A stretch of DNA of 51,178 nucleotides from Alphaproteobacteria bacterium (GCA_022824105.1 JAJEAZ010000291.1:1-51178); one strand, 5' to 3'; shown: positions 7,542-14,953, counted from the stretch's first letter. Program-made: numbers and translations. The notes: generated by a model not told the origin, from the sequence alone.

Positions 7542-8090
7542 TCACTCCCGACTCCCGGAGACCGACCGGGACCGGCGGATATCCCGCAGCCGCTCGCACA
7601 CCGCCCGCGGCGCCATCGCTCCGAGGTTCAGCACCGGGATGCCGCGGGACTCGGCGATGCGGATGCCCATGCCCGTGCCCCCGACCGGCTCGCCGCGTTC
7701 CGACCAGCACACGACCGCATCGACGGGCCCGTCCAACTGCTCGCCCAGCAGGATCGCGACATTCCGGGCATGCAGCTTCCGGACGGCCGGCGAACACCGC
7801 TCCCACGCCGGATGCAGGGGCGCCGCGATCTCCATGCACGCCGCCATCGCCGCCGCCGACAGCACCCGGCGGTCCGGCCCCCGGTGCCCGTTATAGCCCC
7901 GCCACGGCAGCCAGACCGTCCGCTGCTCCGCCGGCGCTCCCGCCGCGAACGCCGCATCGGCTCCGTCCGCGCCGCCGGAAGACAGATGCCAGCCGGTCCG
8001 CGCCAGCCAGCCCGCCATCACGGTCATGTCCGCCAGCACGGCCGCCGGTGTCGCCCGCGCCCCGATCCCCGCATATTGCAAAGTCGCCAT
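7542..8090 (-). CDS. DprA/Smf-like SLOG Rossmann-domain protein
   Basis: 182 aa from MATLQYAGIGARATPAAVLADMTVMAGWLARTGWHLSSGGADGADAAFAAG..VCWSERGEPVGGTGMGIRIAESRGIPVLNL. RBS GGGGAG. Confidence 0.75.
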   Translation of the reverse strand: MATLQYAGIGARATPAAVLADMTVMAGWLARTGWHLSSGGADGADAAFAAGAPAEQRTVWLPWRGYNGHRGPDRRVLSAAAMAACMEIAAPLHPAWERCSPAVRKLHARNVAILLGEQLDGPVDAVVCWSERGEPVGGTGMGIRIAESRGIPVLNLGAMAPRAVCERLRDIRRSRSVSGSRE

Positions 8091-8227
8091 GTTCGATCTC
8101 CCCGGTAGCGACTGCCGCGACTCCCTCTCCGTCAACGGCTTCGCTCCCGGACCGCTTCTCTCCACCTCCCTGCATGGAAGGACCGGCCCCGCTTGCATTG
8201 CCGCGCTGTCCGGGGCATCGGTGCGGC

Positions 8228-8632
8228 ATGGACGGACGGGGACAGATGGCGCGGCGCGGATTCTGGCCGCTGGCGCTGCTCTGGCTGCCGGCCGGGGTGA
8301 TGGCGCAGGCGGCGGTCCGGTTCGGGCCGTCGGCGGTCGGGTTCGCGGACTCCGGGGAGGCGCTGGCGGCGCTGGGCTCGCTCGCCGTCGCCGTTCCGTG
8401 CGGTCTGCCGCTGGCGCTCGGCTGCCGGCGCCTGTGGCGCCTGGGCTACCGGCGCGGGGCCTGGGCGACAGCCATCGGGCTGGGCGCCGTGACGATTCCG
8501 GCGACGCTGTTCGCGGGCCTGCTCGGGCCGGCGGCGGTGGCGGCCTGGGCCGTCCTGCTCAGCCTGCCGGTCTGGATCGCCTGGCTATGGCTCGCACGGC
8601 CCCGGATCGGAGTCCGGGGCAGGCGCGGATGA
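8228..8632 (+). CDS. Small hydrophobic (membrane) protein
   Basis: This is the tail of a long shadow ORF. From MDGRGQMARRGFWPLALLWLPAGVMA.. it has 3-4 hydrophobic stretches (LAALGSLAVAVPCGLPLALG, AIGLGAVTIPATLFAGLLGPAAVAAWAVLLSLPVWIAWLWL). The start is uncertain (8228 or 8246). Confidence 0.45.
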   Translation: MDGRGQMARRGFWPLALLWLPAGVMAQAAVRFGPSAVGFADSGEALAALGSLAVAVPCGLPLALGCRRLWRLGYRRGAWATAIGLGAVTIPATLFAGLLGPAAVAAWAVLLSLPVWIAWLWLARPRIGVRGRRG

Positions 8633-8880
8633 TTGCAGACGGCGGCGGGCCGGCGGCGGAGCATGGCCGCCATGTGCGAGTTCCTATGGGCCGCCGGACA
8701 GCACCGGGCCGGCTACGCAGTAGGCGGACAACCGAAACGGGATGGCCGCCACCCCGGCAAGACGACGACGGGCCGGCTGCGCAGCAAGACAAGCCAGAGT
8801 TCGGAGCCGCAACGCGTGCGGCAGGCGAGTAAAGGACGGTGGGCCGGCAGTGCAGCAGCACGCATGGCGTGCGAGCGAAC

Positions 8881-9231
8881 TCAGACCGCCTCGGAGTCGG
8901 CGATCCGCAGCTTCCCGCCGCCGGCGGCGCGCGGCTGGCGGACGACGATGTCGCGGCCGAGCGCGGTCAGCAGGCGGAACAGGCGTTCCAGCGAATACTC
9001 GCGAAAATCCCCCCGGAGCAGCCGGGAGACGTCGAGCTCGGAGAGCCCGAGCAGCCGCGCGGCCTCGGTCTGGGTGATGCCGCGCGCGCGGACGGTATCG
9101 TCGATACGGCTGACGAGTTCGGCCTTGACCAGGTGCGCGTCGGCATCGGGAAGGCCGAGATCGGCGAAGACGTTGCCGCCGCCGCGCTCCACGGTGGTTT
9201 CGGATACGGTCATCGGTCGGGCCTCATCCAT
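8881..9231 (-). CDS. XRE-family HTH protein, HigA-type antitoxin-like
   Basis: ..VERGGGNVFADLGLPDADAHLVKAELVSRIDDTVRARGITQTEAARLLGLSELDVSRLLRGDFREYSLERLFRLL. The start is ATG 9231 (overlapping the upstream remnant stop as ATGGATGA) or ATG 9213. Confidence 0.8.
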   Translation of the reverse strand: MDEARPMTVSETTVERGGGNVFADLGLPDADAHLVKAELVSRIDDTVRARGITQTEAARLLGLSELDVSRLLRGDFREYSLERLFRLLTALGRDIVVRQPRAAGGGKLRIADSEAV

Positions 9232-9406
9232 CGGTGTTGCGGTAGTGCGCCTCGGCGAGCGCGAGCCGGCGGCGGGGCGTGTCGCGAGCAGCCTCCCGGT
9301 GGACGACGGGCCGGCAGCGGAGCGGGGAGTGGCCTTAATGCCAGACACCGGTCTCCGGGTGGTCGTCCTCGGTGTGCGCGGAGCCGGACACCACGGTAGT
9401 GCAGGT
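9224..9406 (-). pseudogene. Remnant of a RelE/HigB-like toxin gene (5'-truncated, internal TAA)
   Basis: A single frame reads TCTTVVSGSAHTEDDHPETGVWH*GHSPLRCRPVVHREAARDTPRRRLALAEAHYRNTDG*. The tail resembles the ..LHAF.KK...TP......RL......Y ends of Gp49/HigB-like toxins. Its stop overlaps the antitoxin ATG. There is no start codon, and an internal TAA lies at the complement of 9335-9337. Confidence 0.4.
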
Positions 9407-9420
9407 TCATTTGAACCTGC
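9401..9420. repeat. Perfect palindrome GCAGGTTCA-TT-TGAACCTGC at the cargo/backbone junction
   Basis: It lies 2 nt downstream of the ImmA-like stop (9423-9425) and exactly where the toxin remnant reading frame opens. It is not followed by a U tract. Confidence 0.5.
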
Positions 9421-9422
9421 GG

Positions 9423-10286
9423 CTATCGGCGTCGTCTCTTGGTGGGCCACGGTAGGACACCGTCCAGCTCTCGAAGGAGCGGTTCCTCGTCTTCCGTATC
9501 GCTCGTGTCATGTAGGAGGGGCGGGGCTTCTTCATCCTCGAACCATAGAAGCGTAAGTGTCTGATCCCACGCCCTCAGATATCGCGCTTCTTCCAGGACC
9601 TCCCCGCCCCGGCGCCAATCGCTGAACCAAACATCGGCGGCCACCTCGTCCGGCCCTGCCTCTTTGCCACCTGCGCGTAATCTGGCCGATAGGGTTTCAC
9701 GCGGAACCTCCCTCCTGGGTGGGATCCAGCCGCCCGCTTCGCGTAGCGACTTCGACCGGGAGGCGTATCTCACTACCCCTTTTTGGGAGAGAATAAACGC
9801 GCATGGCGCATCCATCACAAACGCATAGCGCGAACCTGTGGCGGTCGTTGACGCCAGGAAACGGTGTGCAAGTTCGTCGATTGCGGAGAACCCGATCTGC
9901 TCCTCTCGCACCAGGGGTTCGAATAACTGTTTGGGCAACAGCAGCTCAGCAGCGAACACGTCACAGAGAATCTCGTTCTTGGGGCGGCTGGCATAGCTCC
10001 ACCAGGGCATCGCCGAATGCTCGGACGGCAGGCCCAGGACGATGTGCGCGACCTCGTGGCAGGCTGTGAACCGCTGGCGTTCCTCACTGTCCTTTTCGTT
10101 TACGCAAATGAAGTGCTTGCCGTTGCTCTCGAACGAATATCCGGGCTCGTCGTCAGGCAGGTCCGGTTCGTAACGCAAGACCCCGCCAATGTGCCTCACA
10201 TAAGCCTCGACGGCGGGCGGCAGCCCGGAGGAATCGGTTTCGCGGACGAAGTTCCGCGCGCGAAGGACAGCCGAGAATTCATCCAT
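9423..10286 (-). CDS. ImmA/IrrE-family zinc metallopeptidase (CapP-like)
   Basis: 287 aa from MDEFSAVLRARNF. HEXXH is present as FTACHEVAHIVLG, followed by ..NEILCDVFAAELLLP. ATG 10286 overlaps the upstream HTH gene stop (ATGGATGA). Confidence 0.9.
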   Translation of the reverse strand: MDEFSAVLRARNFVRETDSSGLPPAVEAYVRHIGGVLRYEPDLPDDEPGYSFESNGKHFICVNEKDSEERQRFTACHEVAHIVLGLPSEHSAMPWWSYASRPKNEILCDVFAAELLLPKQLFEPLVREEQIGFSAIDELAHRFLASTTATGSRYAFVMDAPCAFILSQKGVVRYASRSKSLREAGGWIPPRREVPRETLSARLRAGGKEAGPDEVAADVWFSDWRRGGEVLEEARYLRAWDQTLTLLWFEDEEAPPLLHDTSDTEDEEPLLRELDGVLPWPTKRRRR

Positions 10287-10671
10287 CGCCGTTCTCTTCC
10301 GACAGAATCCTGCGGACCCTTGCCAGCAGCTGCGCGTAGTTGGGCCGCGCGCTGCCGCGGAATGCTGCGCCCGCCGTGGCTGCGAATACCTCATAAGTCA
10401 CGGTCGGATCGTTCAACACCTCGACAACCAGATCCTGCGCGGTCTCGGGGTGGGCCGCGAGGAAACGAAGCATTTCGGCTTCGCGCCGGTCCGCTTTCAG
10501 CGCACGGATGAGCTTGACCAGCACGTCCTCTGACGGCGCTACCTTTTCCGCTTGCTCGAGGCGGTGGATGTAGGCGTGGTCCGTTTGAGCGAGCTGGCCG
10601 AGCTCCCGCAGCGACAGGCCCCGTCGCTCCCGCAGCAACTGTAGGAGAAACCCCAGCCCGTTTTTTTTCAT
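10279..10671 (-). CDS. XRE-family HTH regulator (CapH-like)
   Basis: 130 aa: MKKNGLGFLLQLLRERRGLSLRELGQLAQTDHAYIHRLEQAEKVAPSEDVLVKLIRAL. It is translationally coupled to the peptidase gene and divergent from the Ubl operon. Confidence 0.9.
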   Translation of the reverse strand: MKKNGLGFLLQLLRERRGLSLRELGQLAQTDHAYIHRLEQAEKVAPSEDVLVKLIRALKADRREAEMLRFLAAHPETAQDLVVEVLNDPTVTYEVFAATAGAAFRGSARPNYAQLLARVRRILSEENGDG

Positions 10672-10707
10672 GGCCGCCCCATTGACATCAGTCGTCCATC
10701 TCCCTAC

Positions 10708-10802
10708 CTGTTGTCTGAACAAGCAACAGTGCCCCAAATCATGGTCACTGGCTGGGTTCTGCCGTTGAGCATGCTCAACTCCTTGTTGTCGTCATAGACA
10801 AC
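10708..10802. promoter_or_regulatory. Divergent promoter/operator region with three palindromic elements
   Basis: CTGTTG..CAACAG at 10708-10729. A perfect 16-bp palindrome GTTGAGCATGCTCAAC at 10764-10779. GTTGTC-gtcata-GACAAC at 10785-10802. The region lies between the HTH gene (start 10671) and the Ubl gene (start 10876). Confidence 0.45.
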
Positions 10803-10875
10803 CGGATGGTGGATGGCAACGGGCGAGCGCGCAAGCCTGCGGCCGGATTTTGGGCCTCACAACAGAGGACCTGCT

Positions 10876-11415
10876 ATGTCCACGAATCAACTGGAGATCT
10901 TTGTCCACCAGCACGGCGAGCGCCCGCAGGTGGTAACTATCGAAGCCGAGGTGACACTTCGCGCTCTTCTGTCCCAACACGGTGTCGAGGTCGAAGGAAC
11001 CGGTGAAATCTTGGTGTTCGTCGGTGAATGCGAAGACGCGCTCAAGGCGCCCGAAGGCGTCGAAAATGGCGCGGACGCTCACGTTCCTGCCGATCTGGAC
11101 CTTACCCTCGGCGACCTCGATCTGGAAAAGCACCGCCACATCCACTGCCACCGTTGTCGGGAAGTCGACACAACCATCCTCTTCGCCGGCAAGGCGCTGA
11201 ATCGCAAGTTTTCGCCGGCGACCACCGTTGAGGTGGCAACGCGATGGGCTCGCATGAATCTGCGCATGGATGGGGCGGCGGAATCGGAATTCGTTCTTCG
11301 ACTCTCCGGTACGGGGGAACAGCCGCGCCCGAATCAGCACCTGGGCGAACTCGTCCAAGACGGCGAGTGCGAGCTGTACTTCGAAGTCGTCAAGGAAATG
11401 ACACCGCAGGGCTAG
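10876..11415 (+). CDS. Ubiquitin-like protein with two predicted beta-grasp units, ending in Gly (BilA position)
   Basis: 179 aa, with RBS AGAGGA 6 nt before ATG 10876. Translation: NQLEIFVHQHGERPQVVTIEAEVTLRALL.. and ..TTILFAGKALNRKFSPATTVEVATRWA..ECELYFEVVKEMTPQG, then TAG. It is the first gene of a Ubl-E2-JAB-E1 operon. Confidence 0.75.
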   Translation: MSTNQLEIFVHQHGERPQVVTIEAEVTLRALLSQHGVEVEGTGEILVFVGECEDALKAPEGVENGADAHVPADLDLTLGDLDLEKHRHIHCHRCREVDTTILFAGKALNRKFSPATTVEVATRWARMNLRMDGAAESEFVLRLSGTGEQPRPNQHLGELVQDGECELYFEVVKEMTPQG

Positions 11416-11419
11416 TCGC

Positions 11420-11890
11420 ATGAAGTCGCCGTCACAGCGCCTCTTCGAAGCCGATCTTCGGTCTGCCGAGTTCCGCAGCGGGGTCCTGAAGGGATATTGG
11501 GAGGTCGCTGCGCAGGACTGGCCGCAGGTGGTGCTCTGGATCCGTGCCGCCTCCCGACAGGGGGCACCCGACGGATACCACGTTGCGCTTGACCTGGAGG
11601 GTTACCGTGCTGCAGCGCCGACGGGCACGTTTTGGGATCCAGCAACCGGGACCATGCTTGACGCCGCCAATCGACCGAAAGGCAAAGCGAACAGTCGCTT
11701 CGCCAAGGTATTCCGGACCGATTGGGAAGAGCGGGCATTCTATCATCCGTATGATCGCCACGCCGCGGACAGCCACCCCGACTGGCGAGTCCAGCAACCG
11801 CACCTCGTCTGGACATCGGATCACACCATCGTCGACTACCTGGAGGAATTCCATTCCCTCCTGAATTCGGATCACTACGTTGGCGTGTGA
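11420..11890 (+). CDS. E2/UBC-like protein without any cysteine (BilB position)
   Basis: 156 aa. E2-like landmarks are YRAAAPTGTFWDP (compare YPxxPPxxxF), FYHPY (compare HPN) and W..TIVDYLEEFHSLL (compare WSP..ti..vl.si.sLL). The translation contains no Cys. Ser118 sits 9 residues after His109. Confidence 0.65.
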   Translation: MKSPSQRLFEADLRSAEFRSGVLKGYWEVAAQDWPQVVLWIRAASRQGAPDGYHVALDLEGYRAAAPTGTFWDPATGTMLDAANRPKGKANSRFAKVFRTDWEERAFYHPYDRHAADSHPDWRVQQPHLVWTSDHTIVDYLEEFHSLLNSDHYVGV

Positions 11891-12377
11891 ACCCGCTGTG
11901 GAAAGACTCTCCCTGTCCGTCTGGCTGTGGGCTCGCCTGCTCGGCGACCTGAGACGCCGGGGGGAAAGGAGGCGCGAAAGCGGCGCGTTTCTTCTCGGTC
12001 GCAGCGCCGGCGGACGCGGTCGCGTAACGACCTACCTGTGCTACGACGACCTTGACCCGGATGCGCTCAAGACCGGCGCCATCACCTTTCATGCGAAAGG
12101 CTATGCCGCGCTCTCGCAGGCCTGCCGCGAGAAGGCACTTGAGGTGCTCGCGGATGTGCATACCCATCCCGGTCGCTGGGTCGAGCAAAGCTCGATCGAT
12201 CGGCGAAACCCAATGTTGCCGATAGTCCACCACACGGCCCTCATCGTGCCTTGCTACGGACGGGCTTCGCGTTGGTCGCTTAAGGGTGTCGGCGTCTACG
12301 AGTATCTCGGCGACTTTCAGTGGGCGACGCACAACTGTGTCGGCAGGCCGAAACGCGTTTCCCTCAGCCTTTGGTGA
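11880..12377 (+). CDS. JAB/JAMM metallopeptidase (BilC position)
   Basis: RRESGAFLLG (Glu) and ADVHTHPGRWVEQSSIDRRN (HxH..S..D) are present. The start is TTG 11880 (overlapping the E2 end) or GTG 11898. Confidence 0.9.
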   Translation: MACEPAVERLSLSVWLWARLLGDLRRRGERRRESGAFLLGRSAGGRGRVTTYLCYDDLDPDALKTGAITFHAKGYAALSQACREKALEVLADVHTHPGRWVEQSSIDRRNPMLPIVHHTALIVPCYGRASRWSLKGVGVYEYLGDFQWATHNCVGRPKRVSLSLW

Positions 12378-12382
12378 TAGGC

Positions 12383-13786
12383 ATGAACGACCAAAACCCC
12401 AATCTCTCGCGGATATCGAAGCTGTTCGCCGACAGGGATTCGCTTCCGACCTGGGACGGGCTCAGGAAACGGCGGCAATTCGGGGTGACGCTCGTTTGCG
12501 GTGCCGATGTGGCGGGATCCTACATGCTGCAACTCTCCGTGCTCACCGCCGCGAAGATTGCCACCCGCTGCTTTCCCCATGCCGTGCGCATCGCACTGCC
12601 TGCCCAGGTCGAAGAAGCCGCCACGTTACTCTGGCCGGGAATGAGGGATCGCCTCCCCTTCGGTGCCATGCTCCGTCAAATCGTGGGCGCTGAAAATGTC
12701 GTTGCCGACCGGAGCGATCTGGATCGCAGCAACGTGCTTATGTTCGGCGATGCGCCGGAGACCGCCGGTGCGTTGCGCGTGACCTTCGACGGATGGGTCG
12801 CGATGACGGGTCCAGCATCTCAGGTGGTCCGGCTGCCAGAACGTCCATACTGTTCGCTGGCCGCCGTCCTCTCGGCGGCATTGGCGGTCTCGGAACTGTT
12901 CCTGTCGTTCGCGGAGATTTCCGTGGAAGCAAGGCGGCGCACCGTGACGCTGTCCCTCTGGCGGCCTGAGCTTGATCCTGCCGATCCCGCTGCAATTGGT
13001 CCGGTTGTCGGGTGGTTGCCGGCCGATCTCTGGGTCCTGGGTCTCGGACACCTGGGCAACGCCTACCTGTGGGCGCTGGCGACGTTGCCCTACTCGACTC
13101 CATGTGAGGTCCGGTTCTTCCTGAACGACTTTGATACGGTAGAAGACGAGAACGTCGAAACGGGCCTGCTCTTCAGCGGAGCAGATATAGATCGCTCCAA
13201 GGCGCGGACCTGCGCCGCCTGGCTGGAACGCCGAGGACTTCAGACCCGTTTGTTCGAACGCCGTTTCGACAAGCACTTTCGTTGTCAGCACGATGAACCA
13301 AGGCTCGCGCTATGCGGATTCGATTCGAACCCTTCCCGCCGCGAGCTTGCCTCGGCAGATTTCGTGCAAGTGGTCGAAAGCGGGCTCGGAGGTACATCGA
13401 ACAACTTCGACACGTTGAGCCTTCACGCTCTGCCGAATCCCCGCAGCGTTCATGATCTCTGGCCGGATCTGTCCGACGAAGAGGAAGAGAGGCGCCAAGC
13501 CCAACAGGAGCGTGTTGCGGAAGGGAATGAGGCATATGCTCGCTCCGGGCTTGACGAATGCGGCCGGTTTGAGTTCGCCGGGAAATCCATCGCCGTTCCA
13601 TTTGTGGGAGCGGTCGCGGGCTGCTTTGTTGTCGCCGAAACGCTCCGCCTATTCCACGAGGGTCCGGCCTATACCGATATCAAGTTGCGTCTGGGAGGCC
13701 CCAAACCGCAATGCGCGCCGCGAAGTGGCCGGTACGGAGTGGAGGATACTCCCGCTCACAAGGCCACAGCCGCGCTGTCGCTGTAG
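12383..13786 (+). CDS. E1-like (ThiF/MoeB/UBA family) activating enzyme with an N-terminal degenerate and a C-terminal active adenylation domain (BilD position)
   Basis: 467 aa from MNDQNPNL. The degenerate N-terminal fold contains VCGADVAGS. The active fold contains VLGLGHLGNAYLWAL, FLNDFDTVEDENVETGLLF, DIDRSKA and CGFDSNPSRR. A charged helical insert contains DECGRF. ATG 12383 is 5 nt after the JAB stop. Confidence 0.9.
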   Translation: MNDQNPNLSRISKLFADRDSLPTWDGLRKRRQFGVTLVCGADVAGSYMLQLSVLTAAKIATRCFPHAVRIALPAQVEEAATLLWPGMRDRLPFGAMLRQIVGAENVVADRSDLDRSNVLMFGDAPETAGALRVTFDGWVAMTGPASQVVRLPERPYCSLAAVLSAALAVSELFLSFAEISVEARRRTVTLSLWRPELDPADPAAIGPVVGWLPADLWVLGLGHLGNAYLWALATLPYSTPCEVRFFLNDFDTVEDENVETGLLFSGADIDRSKARTCAAWLERRGLQTRLFERRFDKHFRCQHDEPRLALCGFDSNPSRRELASADFVQVVESGLGGTSNNFDTLSLHALPNPRSVHDLWPDLSDEEEERRQAQQERVAEGNEAYARSGLDECGRFEFAGKSIAVPFVGAVAGCFVVAETLRLFHEGPAYTDIKLRLGGPKPQCAPRSGRYGVEDTPAHKATAALSL

Positions 13787-13924
13787 GGCATTTCTTTGAC
13801 GAGACTGTGGTCGTCTCGACGGGTTGCGGTGAAATGACCTCGGTTTTTCGGACGGCTTGGCGGCTGAGTTGAGCTGCATTCCGGCGGTGGAAGGCTCACG
13901 CGCCGGCAGCCCGGAGAATGGCAT

Positions 13925-14953
13925 TCACGGTCGCGAAGCCGGCGGGGAAGCGAGATTCACTTCGGTCTCCAGAGACCGGATGCGCTCGACGAGCGCCCCG
14001 AACTCCGGCGCGCCATCGCCGACGATGTGGGCGCGGCGCATGGCGTCGTAGTCCGATTGCAGGGCGGGGAGCTGGTCGTCGTCGGGGACGAGACGCAGCC
14101 GGCCGTCGAGGCAGCGGTCGTAGTTGGCGTTGCCGGCATGGAAGAACACCCTTTTGTGCCGGACGACGTCCGCCAGGAGTTCGCGGTCCGCCAGTGCGGC
14201 CCGGCCGACAGGGTGGGCGGCGAGGCAGGCGAGGTCGAACCAGTGGCGGGAGAGCCGGCCGGGCTTGTTCGCAAGCTGCCGGCGATGGCATGCGACATGG
14301 ATGAGCGTCGCCTTCTCCCAGAAGGTGCGTGCCGGCGAGAGGACGGTAACGGTCGCGGCAGGATAATCGAGCCCATCGGTCAGGGCGGCGATATCCGGAA
14401 CGATCGTGTGGCGCTCGTTCGGGTCGATGACGTTGCGACCGCCGAACTCCAGAAGGACCTCGCTTGCGACATAGCTGTCCGGCGCCTCGACCGCGGACGG
14501 ATAGGCGAAGCGGACGGTCTCGCCGTCTTCGCCGACATGGATGGCGTAGCGGCCGTCGGCGCCAAGGCGTCGGGCGGCGTCATCGAGGGCGGGTGCGACG
14601 ACATTGCGGACATGGCGTGCGACGCGGTCCTTGAGACGTTCGCCGAACCGCTTGGTCGCGGTACGGCTGGCGCCCTTGGCGAAGGGGTCGAAGCCGTCGT
14701 CGAAGGCGTGGTAGTCGAGGGTGATGTCCACGTCCTCGGAGAACCGGTCGATGATTCGATAGACCTTCGAGAGCGAGGTGCCGCCCTTGAAAGCCATCGG
14801 ATGGGGGTCGGGCATGGAGAAGAGGGCCTGCAGAACCCAGCAAACCCAGATGTCCTTCTCCAGGATGACGGCTGAGCGCCGGGCGTCGCCGGCCGCGGTC
14901 CGGAGGATATCGGCGCGCTCGCCGGCGCCGAGGGAGAGGAACGGCTCAGCCAT
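13925..14953 (-). CDS. abiEii: AbiEii/AbiGii-family nucleotidyltransferase toxin (DUF1814)
   Basis: 342 aa: ..AVILEKDIWVCWVLQALFSMPDPHPMAFKGGTSLSKVYRIIDRFSEDVDITLDY.. ATG 14953 overlaps the AbiEi stop (ATGGCTGA). Confidence 0.9.
   Translation of the reverse strand: MAEPFLSLGAGERADILRTAAGDARRSAVILEKDIWVCWVLQALFSMPDPHPMAFKGGTSLSKVYRIIDRFSEDVDITLDYHAFDDGFDPFAKGASRTATKRFGERLKDRVARHVRNVVAPALDDAARRLGADGRYAIHVGEDGETVRFAYPSAVEAPDSYVASEVLLEFGGRNVIDPNERHTIVPDIAALTDGLDYPAATVTVLSPARTFWEKATLIHVACHRRQLANKPGRLSRHWFDLACLAAHPVGRAALADRELLADVVRHKRVFFHAGNANYDRCLDGRLRLVPDDDQLPALQSDYDAMRRAHIVGDGAPEFGALVERIRSLETEVNLASPPASRP

Noticed and set aside
6554-8227. Upstream 558 codons of the 692-aa ORF 6554..8632
   Set aside because: This part is antisense to ssb and the SLOG gene, and is Pro/Arg/Ala-rich. 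Only the hydrophobic tail from 8228 was kept, at low confidence.
13787-13924. Weak hairpin CGAGAC..GTCTCG between the convergent E1 and AbiEii genes
   Set aside because: The stem is only 6 bp and has no U tract on either strand. This is insufficient to call a terminator.
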